64,000 nt of DNA from Gemmatimonadales bacterium (GCA_035526925.1 DATLBL010000017.1:21071-85070); one strand, 5' to 3'. Shown: positions 52,272-63,925, counted from the first letter of the stretch. A program made the numbers and translations. Notes: a model not told the origin generated them from the letters alone.

Positions 52272-54287
52272 GTGCGCCTGAGCCTCATCATGCTGTGCTG
52301 TTCCGTCCTGGTGAGCCCTGCGGCCGCACAGGCATTGCCGACCGGCAACCCGCCCGCCGCGCGCGCCAATCCGGAGGACGCGTTCCGCCGGCTCGACCTT
52401 CCAGCGCCGAATGCCGTACGCACGGGAAGCGGCGCGCCCGGACCCGCCTACTGGCAGCAACGCGCCGACTACATCATCCGCGCCACCCTCGACACAGCCG
52501 CGCGTACGGTCCGAGGCGAGGAGCGAATCACCTACACCAACAATTCCCCCGACACGCTACGATACGTCTGGCTGCAGGTAGACCAGAACCTTTTCAACAG
52601 CCAGAGCCGGGGATTCCGGGTGTTTGGCCAGGATCCCCGGTTCGGCACGAAGGGCGCCGAAGTATCCGTCCGCCTGCTCAAGGTAGGCGAGCCGTCGGTG
52701 CCGGCTGCGCGCGGCAAGGCGGCGGTGCCGGCGGCACAGCTCGCGTACCACGTGAACGGCACGATGATGCGCATCGATCTCGCCCGGCCGCTCCCGCCCA
52801 AGGGGAAGCAGCTGCTCGAGCTGAGCTGGTCCTTCCCGTTCGGGGCGAACAGCAACCGGATGGGCGTCGAGGAGATCGACGGCTCGACGATCTACGAGGT
52901 GGCGCAATGGTACCCGCGTATGGCCGTGTACGACGACGTGCGGGGCTGGAACACCGAGCAGTACATGGGCCAGGGGGAGTTTTACCTCGAGTACGGCAGC
53001 TTCGACGTGAGTCTCACCGTGCCGACGGACATGATCGTGGCGGCGACGGGAACGCTCCGGAATCCGGATGAAGTGCTGACCGCGGCGCAGCGTGCCCGAC
53101 TGGCGCGGGCCCGGACGAGCGCGGAGACGGTCGTCATTCGCGGCAAGGACGAGACCGGCGACCCGGCATCGCGTCCCCCCACGCAATACCCGAACCTCAC
53201 CTGGCGTTTCACCGCGGACAGCGTGCGGGATTTCGCCTGGGCGGCGGCGCGCCACTTCGTCTGGGACGCGGTCGGGGTGAACGGCGGCGCGACGATGGCA
53301 ATGAGCTTTTATCCTCCCTCTGCCGAGCCGGAGTGGAAGGAAGCCACTCAGTACGCCAAGACGGCACTCGAGTACTACTCGAGGCAGTGGTCGCCGTACC
53401 CGTACCCGGTGGCCAGCAACGTGAACGGGATCGAAGGCGGGATGGAGTACCCCATGATCGTGTTCTGTCGGAACCGCACCGATCCCCAGGCGCTGTACAG
53501 CGTGACCGATCACGAGTTCGGCCACACCTGGTTTCCGATGGTGGTGGGCAGCAATGAGCGGCTGTATGGCTGGATGGACGAGGGCTTCAACAGCTTCATG
53601 AACCACTACAGCTTCCCACGGAAGTTCCCCGGCGCCTCACTGCCCTCCGCACGAGGGGTCCAGGACACCTACATCAAGAACGCGCTGTCGGGCGACGAGC
53701 AGACGATCATGTCCCCCGCCGACCGCATGCGCACCAACGAGAACTGGCGCCAGGCGCTGTACAACAAGCCGGCCGTGGGACTCGTGCTCCTTCGGGACCA
53801 CATCACGTCTCCCGAGCGCTTCGACCCGGTGTTCCGCGAGTACATTCGGCGATGGTCCTTCAAGCACCCGACGCCCGCGGACTTTTTCCGCACGATGGAA
53901 GACGGCCTGGGCGAGGACCTGAGCTGGTTCTGGCGTTCCTGGTTCTACACGACCGAGCGACTGGACCAGGCCGTGGATTCCGTGGCGCTCTCGGATTCGG
54001 CAGGGGTGATTTCGCGGGTCTTCCTGCGAAACGCCGGACAGATGCCGATGCCCGTGGAGCTGGCGCTCCTCATGGATGACGGCAGCGTGCAGCGGGTACG
54101 GCTGCCGGTGGAGATCTGGGGGCTTCGCAGCACCTACACGGCCCTGATCGCCGGGCCCAAGAAGGTGAATAGCGTGACGATCGATCCGGACGGCTGGTTC
54201 CCGGACGTGGACCGATCGAACAACCGCTGGCCCGGGGCGTCCGTCGCGCCAACCGATTCGACGACCGCGACCTCCGGAGCCAAGTAG
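52272..54287 (+). CDS. Secreted M1-family zinc metallopeptidase (paralog B)
   Basis: A signal peptide is followed by GMEYPM, HEFGHTWFPMVVGSNERLYGWMDEGFNSF and KHPTPADFFRTME. By eye it is roughly half identical to paralog A along its full length. Confidence 0.85.
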   Translation: MRLSLIMLCCSVLVSPAAAQALPTGNPPAARANPEDAFRRLDLPAPNAVRTGSGAPGPAYWQQRADYIIRATLDTAARTVRGEERITYTNNSPDTLRYVWLQVDQNLFNSQSRGFRVFGQDPRFGTKGAEVSVRLLKVGEPSVPAARGKAAVPAAQLAYHVNGTMMRIDLARPLPPKGKQLLELSWSFPFGANSNRMGVEEIDGSTIYEVAQWYPRMAVYDDVRGWNTEQYMGQGEFYLEYGSFDVSLTVPTDMIVAATGTLRNPDEVLTAAQRARLARARTSAETVVIRGKDETGDPASRPPTQYPNLTWRFTADSVRDFAWAAARHFVWDAVGVNGGATMAMSFYPPSAEPEWKEATQYAKTALEYYSRQWSPYPYPVASNVNGIEGGMEYPMIVFCRNRTDPQALYSVTDHEFGHTWFPMVVGSNERLYGWMDEGFNSFMNHYSFPRKFPGASLPSARGVQDTYIKNALSGDEQTIMSPADRMRTNENWRQALYNKPAVGLVLLRDHITSPERFDPVFREYIRRWSFKHPTPADFFRTMEDGLGEDLSWFWRSWFYTTERLDQAVDSVALSDSAGVISRVFLRNAGQMPMPVELALLMDDGSVQRVRLPVEIWGLRSTYTALIAGPKKVNSVTIDPDGWFPDVDRSNNRWPGASVAPTDSTTATSGAK

Positions 54288-54327
54288 CCGGGACGGGCCC
54301 GGCTCGGCTCGGGGGCCTTGACGCAAT

Positions 54328-54360
54328 GAGGGGAGCACATCCGGTGGATGTGCTCCCCTC
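54328..54360. terminator. 15-bp perfect stem / 3-nt loop hairpin between convergent genes
   Basis: The sequence is GAGGGGAGCACATCC-ggt-GGATGTGCTCCCCTC. It lies 41 nt after the peptidase stop and 24 nt after the LVIVD gene stop. There is no clear U-tract. Confidence 0.6.
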
Positions 54361-54383
54361 CTGCGCTCCAGGCGCGACGCCGC

Positions 54384-55589
54384 CTACGGTACCGAGAGCT
54401 GCCACAGCCCGCTCAACATGTCGATGGCGTACAGCGAGCCTCCGGCGAGCTGGACGCCCCACGTGTACGTGTCTCCTTCGCCGCCCGGGCGGAGCTGCGC
54501 GAGGAGCCGGCCGGAGAGATCCCCCGCGAGCGTGCCGGAGACGTCCAGAGCCACGACGCCGCCATTGTAGTACGCCGCGTACAGGATCTGGCGTTGCTCG
54601 TCCATCCAGAAATTGTGGGCACCCGCGCCGGCCAGCCGAAAGAAGGCCACCTCCCGCGGGTTCGACAGATCCGCGACGTCGACGACATGGATGTCGCCGC
54701 TGGACGCCGCGCCCACCACGCCGCCACCCTCCTGGCCGACGAAGAGGTACCGATGCTCGCCGGTCACCGGGTTGTGGAACCACCAGCCGTTGTGCACCGC
54801 CGCGCCGCCTGACACGCCATCATCAGCCGTCAGCAACCGGCTGACCTCCTGGGGCGCCGACGGGGACCCGCCCGCGATACCATTGCCCACATCGTAGATG
54901 ATCACACCCGTATTCCAGGCGAAGACAAAGGCCAGACCGTCCCGGACGTAGGTGTCGTGAATGCCATAGGCCGGGGGGATCGAGACGGTCGCCACCGTGA
55001 GTGGTGTCGACGGGTTGGTGATGTCGTAGACGACGAGCGCCGGTGACGCCGGGTTCCTGGCCGCGAAGACGTACCTGCGTCCGGCGATCTCCGCGATCGT
55101 CGCCGTGTGCAGTCCCTGCCCCACGCCGCTCGTGGCCAGAAGCCCGGGTTGGCGCGGATTCGCGAGATCGTACACGCGGAGCCCGGCCTCCGGACCATTC
55201 TCCATGCTCGCGACCAGAATGGTGCCGTCGTCGCTCACCTGGACATCGCTTACCGTGGCGACGCCCGAAACGATCACGGAGTCCACGAGCGTCGGCGCGC
55301 CCGACGCATCGAGCGACCAGACCTTGATGGCGTTACCTGGGTTCCCTCCGCGCGGCTTGCCGCCCCAGGTGCCGGTGTAGGCGTAGGCGCCGTGCACCCA
55401 GAGATCCGAGCTGAACCGGTCGGGCACGTTGTTCCCCCCGGCGCGGACGGCGAGATCGGCCGGCGGCAGTTCTCCGTCGTCGCCGTCGTCCGGGGTATCG
55501 GTGCTGCTGCCACATCCGGCGAGCAGCGTTGCCCCGAGGACCAGCGACAGGTGCCTCCAACGAGGCCACGCCGGACAGTTTCTGATCAT
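54384..55589 (-). CDS. LVIVD-repeat beta-propeller lipoprotein
   Basis: The signal peptide carries a lipobox (LLAGC). Repeated strand motifs resemble LVIVD repeats (LRVYDLAN, ALVVYDITN, GVIIYDVGN, IHVVDVAD, VVALDVSG). Its ATG overlaps the upstream stop (ATGA). Confidence 0.7.
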   Translation of the reverse strand: MIRNCPAWPRWRHLSLVLGATLLAGCGSSTDTPDDGDDGELPPADLAVRAGGNNVPDRFSSDLWVHGAYAYTGTWGGKPRGGNPGNAIKVWSLDASGAPTLVDSVIVSGVATVSDVQVSDDGTILVASMENGPEAGLRVYDLANPRQPGLLATSGVGQGLHTATIAEIAGRRYVFAARNPASPALVVYDITNPSTPLTVATVSIPPAYGIHDTYVRDGLAFVFAWNTGVIIYDVGNGIAGGSPSAPQEVSRLLTADDGVSGGAAVHNGWWFHNPVTGEHRYLFVGQEGGGVVGAASSGDIHVVDVADLSNPREVAFFRLAGAGAHNFWMDEQRQILYAAYYNGGVVALDVSGTLAGDLSGRLLAQLRPGGEGDTYTWGVQLAGGSLYAIDMLSGLWQLSVP

Positions 55590-56818
55590 TGCATCCCCTC
55601 ATGATCGTTCATGAGCATTACCCGCTCCGGCTCCGCGGCGCCGTACCGGCCCATCCGGCGCATCTGGTCGCCCCCCGACACGCGCACTCCGACCACCAGC
55701 GACCACACGTGGTCACGACCATACAGCTCACCGACGTCGAAGATGCCGCCGCCGACCTTGGCGATCTTGGCGTATCCGACCTCGAACAGCGGTTGGACCA
55801 GCAGGCCCGAGCGCTCGAGGGCCGCGAGCGCATAGCCTGCCGTATGCGTCGTCCACCGGGAGATCCCGAAAATCGAGTTCTCGAGGTGGGGGCGGAGCGA
55901 CCGGAAGCGCGAGACACGCTGCTCTTCCGGCCGCTCGGTTTGCTCGAATCGGTACTGGAGACGATGAGGGCCGCTGGTCCATGCACCTTCGGCGAGCACG
56001 CTGCTGAACACGAAGAATCCATTCGCCTCGGACGTCCGCGCCCACTCGAGGAGCGCGTACACCGGAAAGCTGCCGACCGGCCGGTCCCATCGCGCAGCCA
56101 CGCTCCACTTGCCCTGGTCGGTCCCCGCACCGGGGCGATGCTCCGGCGAATGCACGTGCGCGTGCGACGCCTGGAGCGTGACGCCGGCCCCGAGCGCACC
56201 CGTCAGTCGGCCGCTCCACGAATCCCCGAATCGGCCCCCCAACCGGGGCCATTGGCCGGGCCGTTCGGGCTCGTCCCCGTTGAACAGGCCGACTTCCCCC
56301 GCAATCGGGCCGACCCGAACCGCCGCGATCGCGACCGCCCGCTCGAGAATCTGAGCTAGGTGGTGATTGACGGGATACCGCACGAAGGGCCGAACCATGG
56401 GATCATCGGTGCCGAACGGCGCGAAGCCCTTGCCGGCGCTCAGGGAGAGCCGTGCACCACCGTCGCGCGCGCCGAGCACGTCGTCGGCGCTCAGGATGAA
56501 TTCGTGGAGGTAGGTGTGGGGATGGCGCCGGTCAACGAACCCTTCACCCCAGTCGCCCGGTGCCAGCTCACCGTCCGGGATGGTCGCGCCTTCGAGGTTG
56601 AGCATGCCGGTCAACCGAAGCCGACCGAGCGCGCCCCCATGCAGGTGAAGCGACGGCTGGACGACGCGGATTTCGCCGAGGACGCCTCCGCCAGGGACCG
56701 GATCCGCATGCTCGAAGGCGACGATCGCCGTCGCCCCCAGCCTGAGCCAGGGCCGGCTCTGTCCCTCCGCCTCGGCGACCCAGCACAGCGCCAGCGCCGA
56801 CGCCACAGCACGTACCAC
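55586..56818 (-). CDS. Hypothetical His-rich secreted protein with beta-barrel-like alternating pattern (porin-like)
   Basis: This 410-aa ORF has a GTG start 11 nt after the sdhB stop and no obvious SD. The N-terminal hydrophobic segment is VASALALCWVAEA. Many amphipathic strand-like segments are present. His clusters include RRHPHTYLHE, VNHH and SHAHVHSPEH. I recognised no family. Confidence 0.55.
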   Translation of the reverse strand: MVRAVASALALCWVAEAEGQSRPWLRLGATAIVAFEHADPVPGGGVLGEIRVVQPSLHLHGGALGRLRLTGMLNLEGATIPDGELAPGDWGEGFVDRRHPHTYLHEFILSADDVLGARDGGARLSLSAGKGFAPFGTDDPMVRPFVRYPVNHHLAQILERAVAIAAVRVGPIAGEVGLFNGDEPERPGQWPRLGGRFGDSWSGRLTGALGAGVTLQASHAHVHSPEHRPGAGTDQGKWSVAARWDRPVGSFPVYALLEWARTSEANGFFVFSSVLAEGAWTSGPHRLQYRFEQTERPEEQRVSRFRSLRPHLENSIFGISRWTTHTAGYALAALERSGLLVQPLFEVGYAKIAKVGGGIFDVGELYGRDHVWSLVVGVRVSGGDQMRRMGRYGAAEPERVMLMNDHEGMQ

Positions 56819-56829
56819 CGCCGTGGGGC

Positions 56830-57596
56830 TCAGGCCGAGTCGGCCACCGCGGCGCGGACGGGAGTGATGGCAGACCGGAGGTAGTCGCGATTCATCCGGG
56901 TGATCGTGTCAATGCTGATCAGTTTGGGGCAGACCTCCTGGCATTCGCCGTACAGGGTGCAGCCCCCGAACCCCTCAAGATCCATCTGCTCCACCATCAA
57001 GCGCGCCCGCCGACCCCGCTCCGGCTGTCCCTGGGGCAGCAGTCCCAGGTGCGTGATCTTTGCCGCCGTAAAGAGCGACGCGGAGCCGTTCGGGCACGCG
57101 GCCACGCACGCGCCGCACCCGATGCACTGTGCCGCGTCCATGGCCGTGTCGACGTCGTCCTTCGGAATCAGCGTGGCATTGCCGTCGATCGCGCTGCCGG
57201 TCGGCGCGCTGATGTAGCCGCCCGCCGCGACGATCCGATCGAGCGCCGCTCGGCTGACGACGAGGTCGCGCAGGATGGGGAAGGCGCGGGATCGCCAGGG
57301 CTCGACGAAGATCTCGTCTCCGTCCGCGAAGCTCCGCATATGGAGCTGGCAGGTTGCCGTGCCCGGGTTCGGGCCATGCGCCACGCCGTTGATCATCAGG
57401 CTGCACGAGCCGCAGATCCCCTCGCGACAGTCGTGGTCGAAGGCGATCGGCGCGTCCCCGGCCTCCATCAGCCGCTCGTTCACGACGTCCAGCATCTCCA
57501 GAAACGACATGTCCGGACTGATGTCGCTCGCCTCGTACCGCGCCATGCGGCCGGGAGCATCGGGGCCGCTTTGACGCCAGACGTGCAGGGTGACGT

Positions 57597-57600
<4 letters not shown>
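56830..57600 (-). CDS. sdhB: Succinate dehydrogenase/fumarate reductase iron-sulfur subunit
   Basis: The cluster motifs are [21 protein letters not shown] and [12 protein letters not shown]. It has an ATGA overlap with sdhA. Confidence 0.95.
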
Positions 57601-59510
<1,910 letters not shown>

Positions 59511-59522
59511 GACTCTCTCCAG

Positions 59523-60182
59523 TTACCGGATGACGCCGGCGTACACCGCCACCGGAATCACCGCGAAGCCCGCCCACACCAGCACCGAGAGGGCCAGCGC
59601 CAGCTGGCGCCGGATCGGGTGCGGGGATGGCTGACTCACCCCGAGGCTCCGCCCGCTGCTCCAAACCCCATGGTAGAGGTGCAGCCCGACCGCGACGAGC
59701 GCGAGCTCGTAGAAGACCACCACCAGCGGATTTGCAAATCCCGCGGCAACGTTGTGGTACGGGTCCCCCTCGACGAACGAACCGTGGACCGTACCGAGCG
59801 TGAAGTGCAGGATGTGATACACGAGGAACAGCAGGATCAGCACCCCACCCCAGCGGATCGTGCGCGAAGCCAGCGTCGATACTTGCGGCTGCCGGCCGCC
59901 GGCATACCCGACCGGCCGCGCCGCCGCCTTGCGGGTGGTGAGCTGCACGGCGGCCGCGATGTGCAGGATTACCGCCGCAAGCAGCGCCAGCCGGGCGGCC
60001 CAGAGCGCCCCGCCGGTACCGTGAAGGAACCGGCTGTAGGCGTTGATCTTCTCGGGTCCCTGGAAGACGAGCAGGTTGGCGAGCACGTGGGTGACGAGAT
60101 ACGCGACCATGATCAGCCCCGTGACCGCCATGACCGCTTTCTTGCCCACCGACGTCCGCCACACCGCCAACACCCGATTCAT
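59523..60182 (-). CDS. sdhC: Succinate dehydrogenase cytochrome b558 subunit (single large membrane anchor)
   Basis: This 219-aa protein has about 5 TM helices with conserved His residues. It lies immediately upstream of sdhA, and no sdhD is present. Confidence 0.85.
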   Translation of the reverse strand: MNRVLAVWRTSVGKKAVMAVTGLIMVAYLVTHVLANLLVFQGPEKINAYSRFLHGTGGALWAARLALLAAVILHIAAAVQLTTRKAAARPVGYAGGRQPQVSTLASRTIRWGGVLILLFLVYHILHFTLGTVHGSFVEGDPYHNVAAGFANPLVVVFYELALVAVGLHLYHGVWSSGRSLGVSQPSPHPIRRQLALALSVLVWAGFAVIPVAVYAGVIR

Positions 60183-60194
60183 GGCTGCTCCCCG

Positions 60195-61127
60195 TCAGAC
60201 CGCGTCGACGACCGCCTGGGTGGCCCGCACCGCCTCCGCCGATTTCGCCAGCTCCGCGCGTTCGGCGTCCGTCATCGTGATCTCGATGATGCGCTCGAGC
60301 CCGTTCCGGCCAAGCTTGCACGGGACGCCGCAGAACACGTCGCGCAGGCCGAACTCACCTTGTAACCACGCAGAGCACGGAAGGATCCGTCGCTTGTCCA
60401 GGGCGATCGCCTCCACCATCTGGACGGCCGCGGCACTGGGCGCATAGTACGCCGACCCGGTCTTGAGGAACGCTACGATCTCGGCGCCGCCGTTTCGCGT
60501 GCGGTCCACGATGGCGGCGAGCTTCTCCCGCGGCATCAGCTGGCTGACCGGGATCCCCGAGACGCTCGTATAGGAGACCAGGGGGACCATGGTGTCCCCG
60601 TGTCCGCCGAGCACCATCGCCTGAATATCCTCCACGGAGACATCGAGCGCCTCCGCGAGAAACATGCGGTAGCGTGCGGTGTCGAGCACGCCCGCCATCC
60701 CGAAGACGCGCTCCCGAGGGAAGCCGCTGGCCTTCATCGCCACGTAGCACATCACGTCGAGCGGGTTGGACACCACCACGATGATCGACCTGGGCGCCAC
60801 GCGGGCGATCTCTTTGGCGACCGATCGCACGATGCCCGCATTGGTCTTCACCAGGTCATCGCGACTCATGCCGGGCTTTCGGGCGATCCCGGCCGTCACC
60901 ACGAACACCTCTGCGCCCGCGGCCTCGTCGTACCCGTTCGTGCCGGTCACGCGGGTGTCGAATCCTTCAATGGGCCCGGACTGCCACTGGTCCAACGCCT
61001 TTCCCTGGGGCACGCCCTCGACCACGTCCACCATGATTACCGAGCGCGCCAGATGCTTCTCAGCCAGCCGTTGCGCGGCGGTCGCGCCGACGTTCCCTGC
61101 TCCGACGACGGCCACTTTTCCTAGCAT
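60195..61127 (-). CDS. mdh: Malate dehydrogenase (LDH-like type)
   Basis: The translation contains [26 protein letters not shown] and GGHGDTMVP, over 310 aa. It lies 12 nt upstream of sdhC. Confidence 0.9.
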   Translation of the reverse strand: MLGKVAVVGAGNVGATAAQRLAEKHLARSVIMVDVVEGVPQGKALDQWQSGPIEGFDTRVTGTNGYDEAAGAEVFVVTAGIARKPGMSRDDLVKTNAGIVRSVAKEIARVAPRSIIVVVSNPLDVMCYVAMKASGFPRERVFGMAGVLDTARYRMFLAEALDVSVEDIQAMVLGGHGDTMVPLVSYTSVSGIPVSQLMPREKLAAIVDRTRNGGAEIVAFLKTGSAYYAPSAAAVQMVEAIALDKRRILPCSAWLQGEFGLRDVFCGVPCKLGRNGLERIIEITMTDAERAELAKSAEAVRATQAVVDAV

Positions 61128-61260
61128 GCCAGGTCGCTTTCGTGTGTGCGGGTGGGTTCTCTATCGCCGCTGGGCGCGCGCCACGTCTCGGCCGACGCAG
61201 CCGCCTCGAGCGAAGGCGATGAGCTCCGGATGACGCAGTAAACGGAGGAAATCTAGCGGC

Positions 61261-61743
61261 TCAGAAATCCTGCTCCAACCCTGCCGGCGGCTCGGTACCG
61301 AGCTGTCGCAGCGCCTCGTACAGCACGACGCTCACGGCGTTGGCCAGGTTGAGGCTGCGGATGTCACCAGGCATCGGGATCTTGAAGGAGCGCTCCGGGT
61401 GCTTCTCGAGGATTCGGGTCGGCATCCCTTCGGTTTCGCTTCCGAAGACCAGCACGCCGCGGTCCCGGTAGGGCGCCCGGCGGTAGTCGTTGGTCGCGTT
61501 CGCGGAGAAATACAAGCAGCGGTCCCGGGCGATGGCATCCCGGAACTCGAACCAGTCCGGATGGACCCAGAGGTCGACCTTGTCCCAGTAGTCGAGCCCG
61601 GCACGCTTCACTTCCTTGGCACCGAGCGAGAATCCGAGTGGCTCGATCAGGTGCAACGGCGAGTCGGTGGCAGCGCACAGTCGTGCGATGTTGCCGGTGT
61701 TGGGCGGGATCTGCGGTTGAATGAGGGCGACGTGAAGGGCCAT
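61261..61743 (-). CDS. trmL: tRNA (cytidine/uridine-2'-O-)-methyltransferase, SpoU/TrmL type
   Basis: I placed the start at MALHVALIQPQIPPNTGNIARLCAAT inside track ORF 61261..62172. The translation contains LVFGSETEG and IRSLNLANAV, over about 160 aa. It overlaps moaA by 1 nt. Confidence 0.85.
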   Translation of the reverse strand: MALHVALIQPQIPPNTGNIARLCAATDSPLHLIEPLGFSLGAKEVKRAGLDYWDKVDLWVHPDWFEFRDAIARDRCLYFSANATNDYRRAPYRDRGVLVFGSETEGMPTRILEKHPERSFKIPMPGDIRSLNLANAVSVVLYEALRQLGTEPPAGLEQDF

Positions 61744-62762
61744 CAGCCGCCGCGCGTGTGCATCTCGCGGCGAGGGTCCGCGCGCAAGCTGTCGATTTGG
61801 TGAAGCACGCCGCGGTTCTCGATGCCCGCCCGCTCCTCGGCGCCACGATCCACACGCGAAGCCCACGTGTCGGTAATCCGGGCACTGATCTCGGCGTCTG
61901 TCGTCCCGTCCCGGAGCAGCTCGCGCAGATCCAGACCGCGCTCGCCGTACAGGCACAACAGGAAGGTTCCATCGGCCGTCAGCCGGGATCGATCGCACGT
62001 GCGGCAGAACGGCGCGGTGGTGGAGGCGATCACTCCGAAGGTCGTGCCATCGTCCAGCCGGAATCGCTCGGCCGGCGCCCAGTCGTTCGCCCGGAGCGCG
62101 GTGACCGGCCCGTACCGCGATGCGACGGCGTCGAGGATCTCCCGCTGAGACACTACGGTGCCGCGGTCCCACTGGGTGGCCCCGCCGACGTCCATGTATT
62201 CGATGAAGCGAACCTCCACGCCGCGCTCCCGGCCGAACGCGAGCAGGTCGAGCACCTCGTCGTCATTGTATCCCCGAATGACCACGGAATTGACCTTGAC
62301 GGAGTCGAATCCCGCCCCGACGGCGGCCTCGAGTCCGTCGAGCACCTCGGCATGGCGCGCGCTTCGGGCGAACGCCAGCATCCGCTCGGGCCGGAGCGTG
62401 TCGAGGCTCACGGTGACCCGCCGCAGTCCGGCCCGGCGCAACGCCTCGGCCGACCGCGCGAGCAGGATGCCGTTCGTGGTCAAAGCGAGATCGCGAATGC
62501 CCTCGTGCCGGTCGAGCAGGCGGACCAACGTGGGCAGATCATGCCGGAGCAGCGGCTCGCCACCTGTGAGCCGGATTTTGCGCACCCCGAGCCTTGCAAA
62601 TACACCCGCCAGGCGATCGACCTCCTCGAACGTGAGGATCGACTCGCGAGGCAGCCACACGTACTCCGCTTCGGGCATGCAGTACCGGCAACGCATGTTG
62701 CAGCGGTCGGTGACCGAGATCCGCAGATTGCGGAGCGGGCGGTTGTACGCGTCGGTGAGCAT
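61743..62762 (-). CDS. moaA: GTP 3',8-cyclase (molybdenum cofactor biosynthesis protein A)
   Basis: I placed the start at MLTDAYNRPLRNLRISVTDRCNMRCRYCMP (radical SAM CX3CX2C). The translation contains LTGGEPLLR and the C-terminal cluster CRTCDRSRLTADG. It overlaps moaE by 1 nt. Confidence 0.95.
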   Translation of the reverse strand: MLTDAYNRPLRNLRISVTDRCNMRCRYCMPEAEYVWLPRESILTFEEVDRLAGVFARLGVRKIRLTGGEPLLRHDLPTLVRLLDRHEGIRDLALTTNGILLARSAEALRRAGLRRVTVSLDTLRPERMLAFARSARHAEVLDGLEAAVGAGFDSVKVNSVVIRGYNDDEVLDLLAFGRERGVEVRFIEYMDVGGATQWDRGTVVSQREILDAVASRYGPVTALRANDWAPAERFRLDDGTTFGVIASTTAPFCRTCDRSRLTADGTFLLCLYGERGLDLRELLRDGTTDAEISARITDTWASRVDRGAEERAGIENRGVLHQIDSLRADPRREMHTRGG

Positions 62763-63187
62763 CAGGCGTGCTGCAGGTTGGCGGTCGGATCGACCCATGC
62801 GACCGTCCCGTCCGCGTAGTACTCTCGTTTCCACACCGGCACCCGACGCTTGACCTCCTCGATCACGTAGCGGCACGCGGCGAACGCATCGTCACGGTGC
62901 GCCGACGCGGCCACGACGGCAACGGCCGCGTCGCCGACCTCGAGGGCGCCCACCCGGTGCTGCAGCGCCACGGCGACGATCCAGCGGGATTGCGCCTCAT
63001 CGACGATCCGCGCGCATTCCGCTTCGGCCATGGGGCCATAGGCCGAGTACTCCAGCCTGAGCACCGCGCGGCCGCCCTGATGATTCCTCACCAGACCGAG
63101 AAAGCTGGTGACACCGCCGCGCTCCGGGGCCATGACGCTCCGCGCTAGTGCAGCGAGCTCGAGCGGCTGATCGGTGATGAAACCCAT
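62762..63187 (-). CDS. moaE: Molybdopterin synthase catalytic subunit
   Basis: The translation contains GGVTSFLGLVRN, AASAHRDDAF and VPVWKREYY. The start is the ATG at 63187. TTG at 63193, which overlaps the moaD stop, is an alternative. Confidence 0.9.
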   Translation of the reverse strand: MGFITDQPLELAALARSVMAPERGGVTSFLGLVRNHQGGRAVLRLEYSAYGPMAEAECARIVDEAQSRWIVAVALQHRVGALEVGDAAVAVVAASAHRDDAFAACRYVIEEVKRRVPVWKREYYADGTVAWVDPTANLQHA

Positions 63188-63189
63188 GG

Positions 63190-63456
63190 TCAACCGCCGG
63201 CGAGCGGGGGGAGGACGGCGAGCTCGTCCCCGTCGGCCACCGCGTCATCCACCCCGGCGTGGGCCAGGTTGCGGGCGCACAGTGGCTTGGGTGGCAACTG
63301 GTTCCCGCCCGGAAGGGCACGAAGATGGGCGACCACCGCGCCCACGGTGGCAGGCGCCGGCATCGTCACGTCAACGCTCTCGACGCCGAGGATGTCGGCG
63401 TAGCTCGCGAAGAGTAGGACGTGTACCGTGAGGGTGGCGTGCGATGCGGCAAGCAT
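63190..63456 (-). CDS. moaD: Molybdopterin synthase sulfur carrier subunit
   Basis: This small ubiquitin-like protein contains VLLFASYADILG and ends in the diglycine LPPLAGG. The start is uncertain (ATG at 63456 or GTG at 63471). Confidence 0.8.
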   Translation of the reverse strand: MLAASHATLTVHVLLFASYADILGVESVDVTMPAPATVGAVVAHLRALPGGNQLPPKPLCARNLAHAGVDDAVADGDELAVLPPLAGG

Positions 63457-63476
63457 GCTGGAAGTTACCACGAACC

Positions 63477-63511
63477 GGGGCCGTCCCGCGACACGCGTGC
63501 GGTACGGCCCC
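63477..63511 (-). terminator. GC-rich hairpin downstream of the HU/IHF-like gene
   Basis: The minus-strand sequence is GGGGCCGT-a-CCGC-(9 nt loop)-GCGG-g-ACGGCCCC. It lies 33 nt after the stop and has no U-tract. It may attenuate read-through into moaD. Confidence 0.45.
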
Positions 63512-63543
63512 GCTTCATCGACGGCCCTGGAGGGACCGCCGGA

Positions 63544-63873
63544 TCAAAGGCCCGGAACCGGCTCCGCTTCGGGCTGACCCTCATCTGCGACGAGCGCCCG
63601 CAACTCCTTGCTGGGCTTGAACACCGGCACGGGGCGCGCCGCGACTTCGACCGGATCCCCGGTGCGAGGGTTCCGAGCCATTCGGGTCTTCCGGCGGCGG
63701 ATCTTGAACGTACCGAAGCCGCGCACCTCGATGTTGTGCTGCTCCTTGAGTGCGTCCTTGACGGCCTCGAGGAAAGCATCCACGACACGGGCGCAGTCCT
63801 TCTTGGAGATCATCGGACCCGCGGTCTTCGCGATGGAAGCGGTCACCTGTTCGACGAGATCGGCCTTGGTCAT
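63544..63873 (-). CDS. HU/IHF-family DNA-binding protein with Pro/Glu-rich C-terminal tail
   Basis: The translation contains MTKADLVEQV and the arm motif GFGTFKIRRRKTRMARNPRTGDPVEV. The product is 109 aa. Confidence 0.9.
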   Translation of the reverse strand: MTKADLVEQVTASIAKTAGPMISKKDCARVVDAFLEAVKDALKEQHNIEVRGFGTFKIRRRKTRMARNPRTGDPVEVAARPVPVFKPSKELRALVADEGQPEAEPVPGL

Positions 63874-63925
63874 GCGTCCCCCAGACGGGTTACAGGCAGC
63901 GGAGCGAGCAGGCCTCCTATCGCCG

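Noticed and set aside
63457-63543. A Moco riboswitch upstream of the moaD-moaE-moaA genes.
   Set aside because: The gap is under 90 nt and holds a single GC-rich hairpin. That is better explained as the terminator or attenuator of the HU-like gene. It is too short for the multi-stem Moco RNA motif as I remember it.
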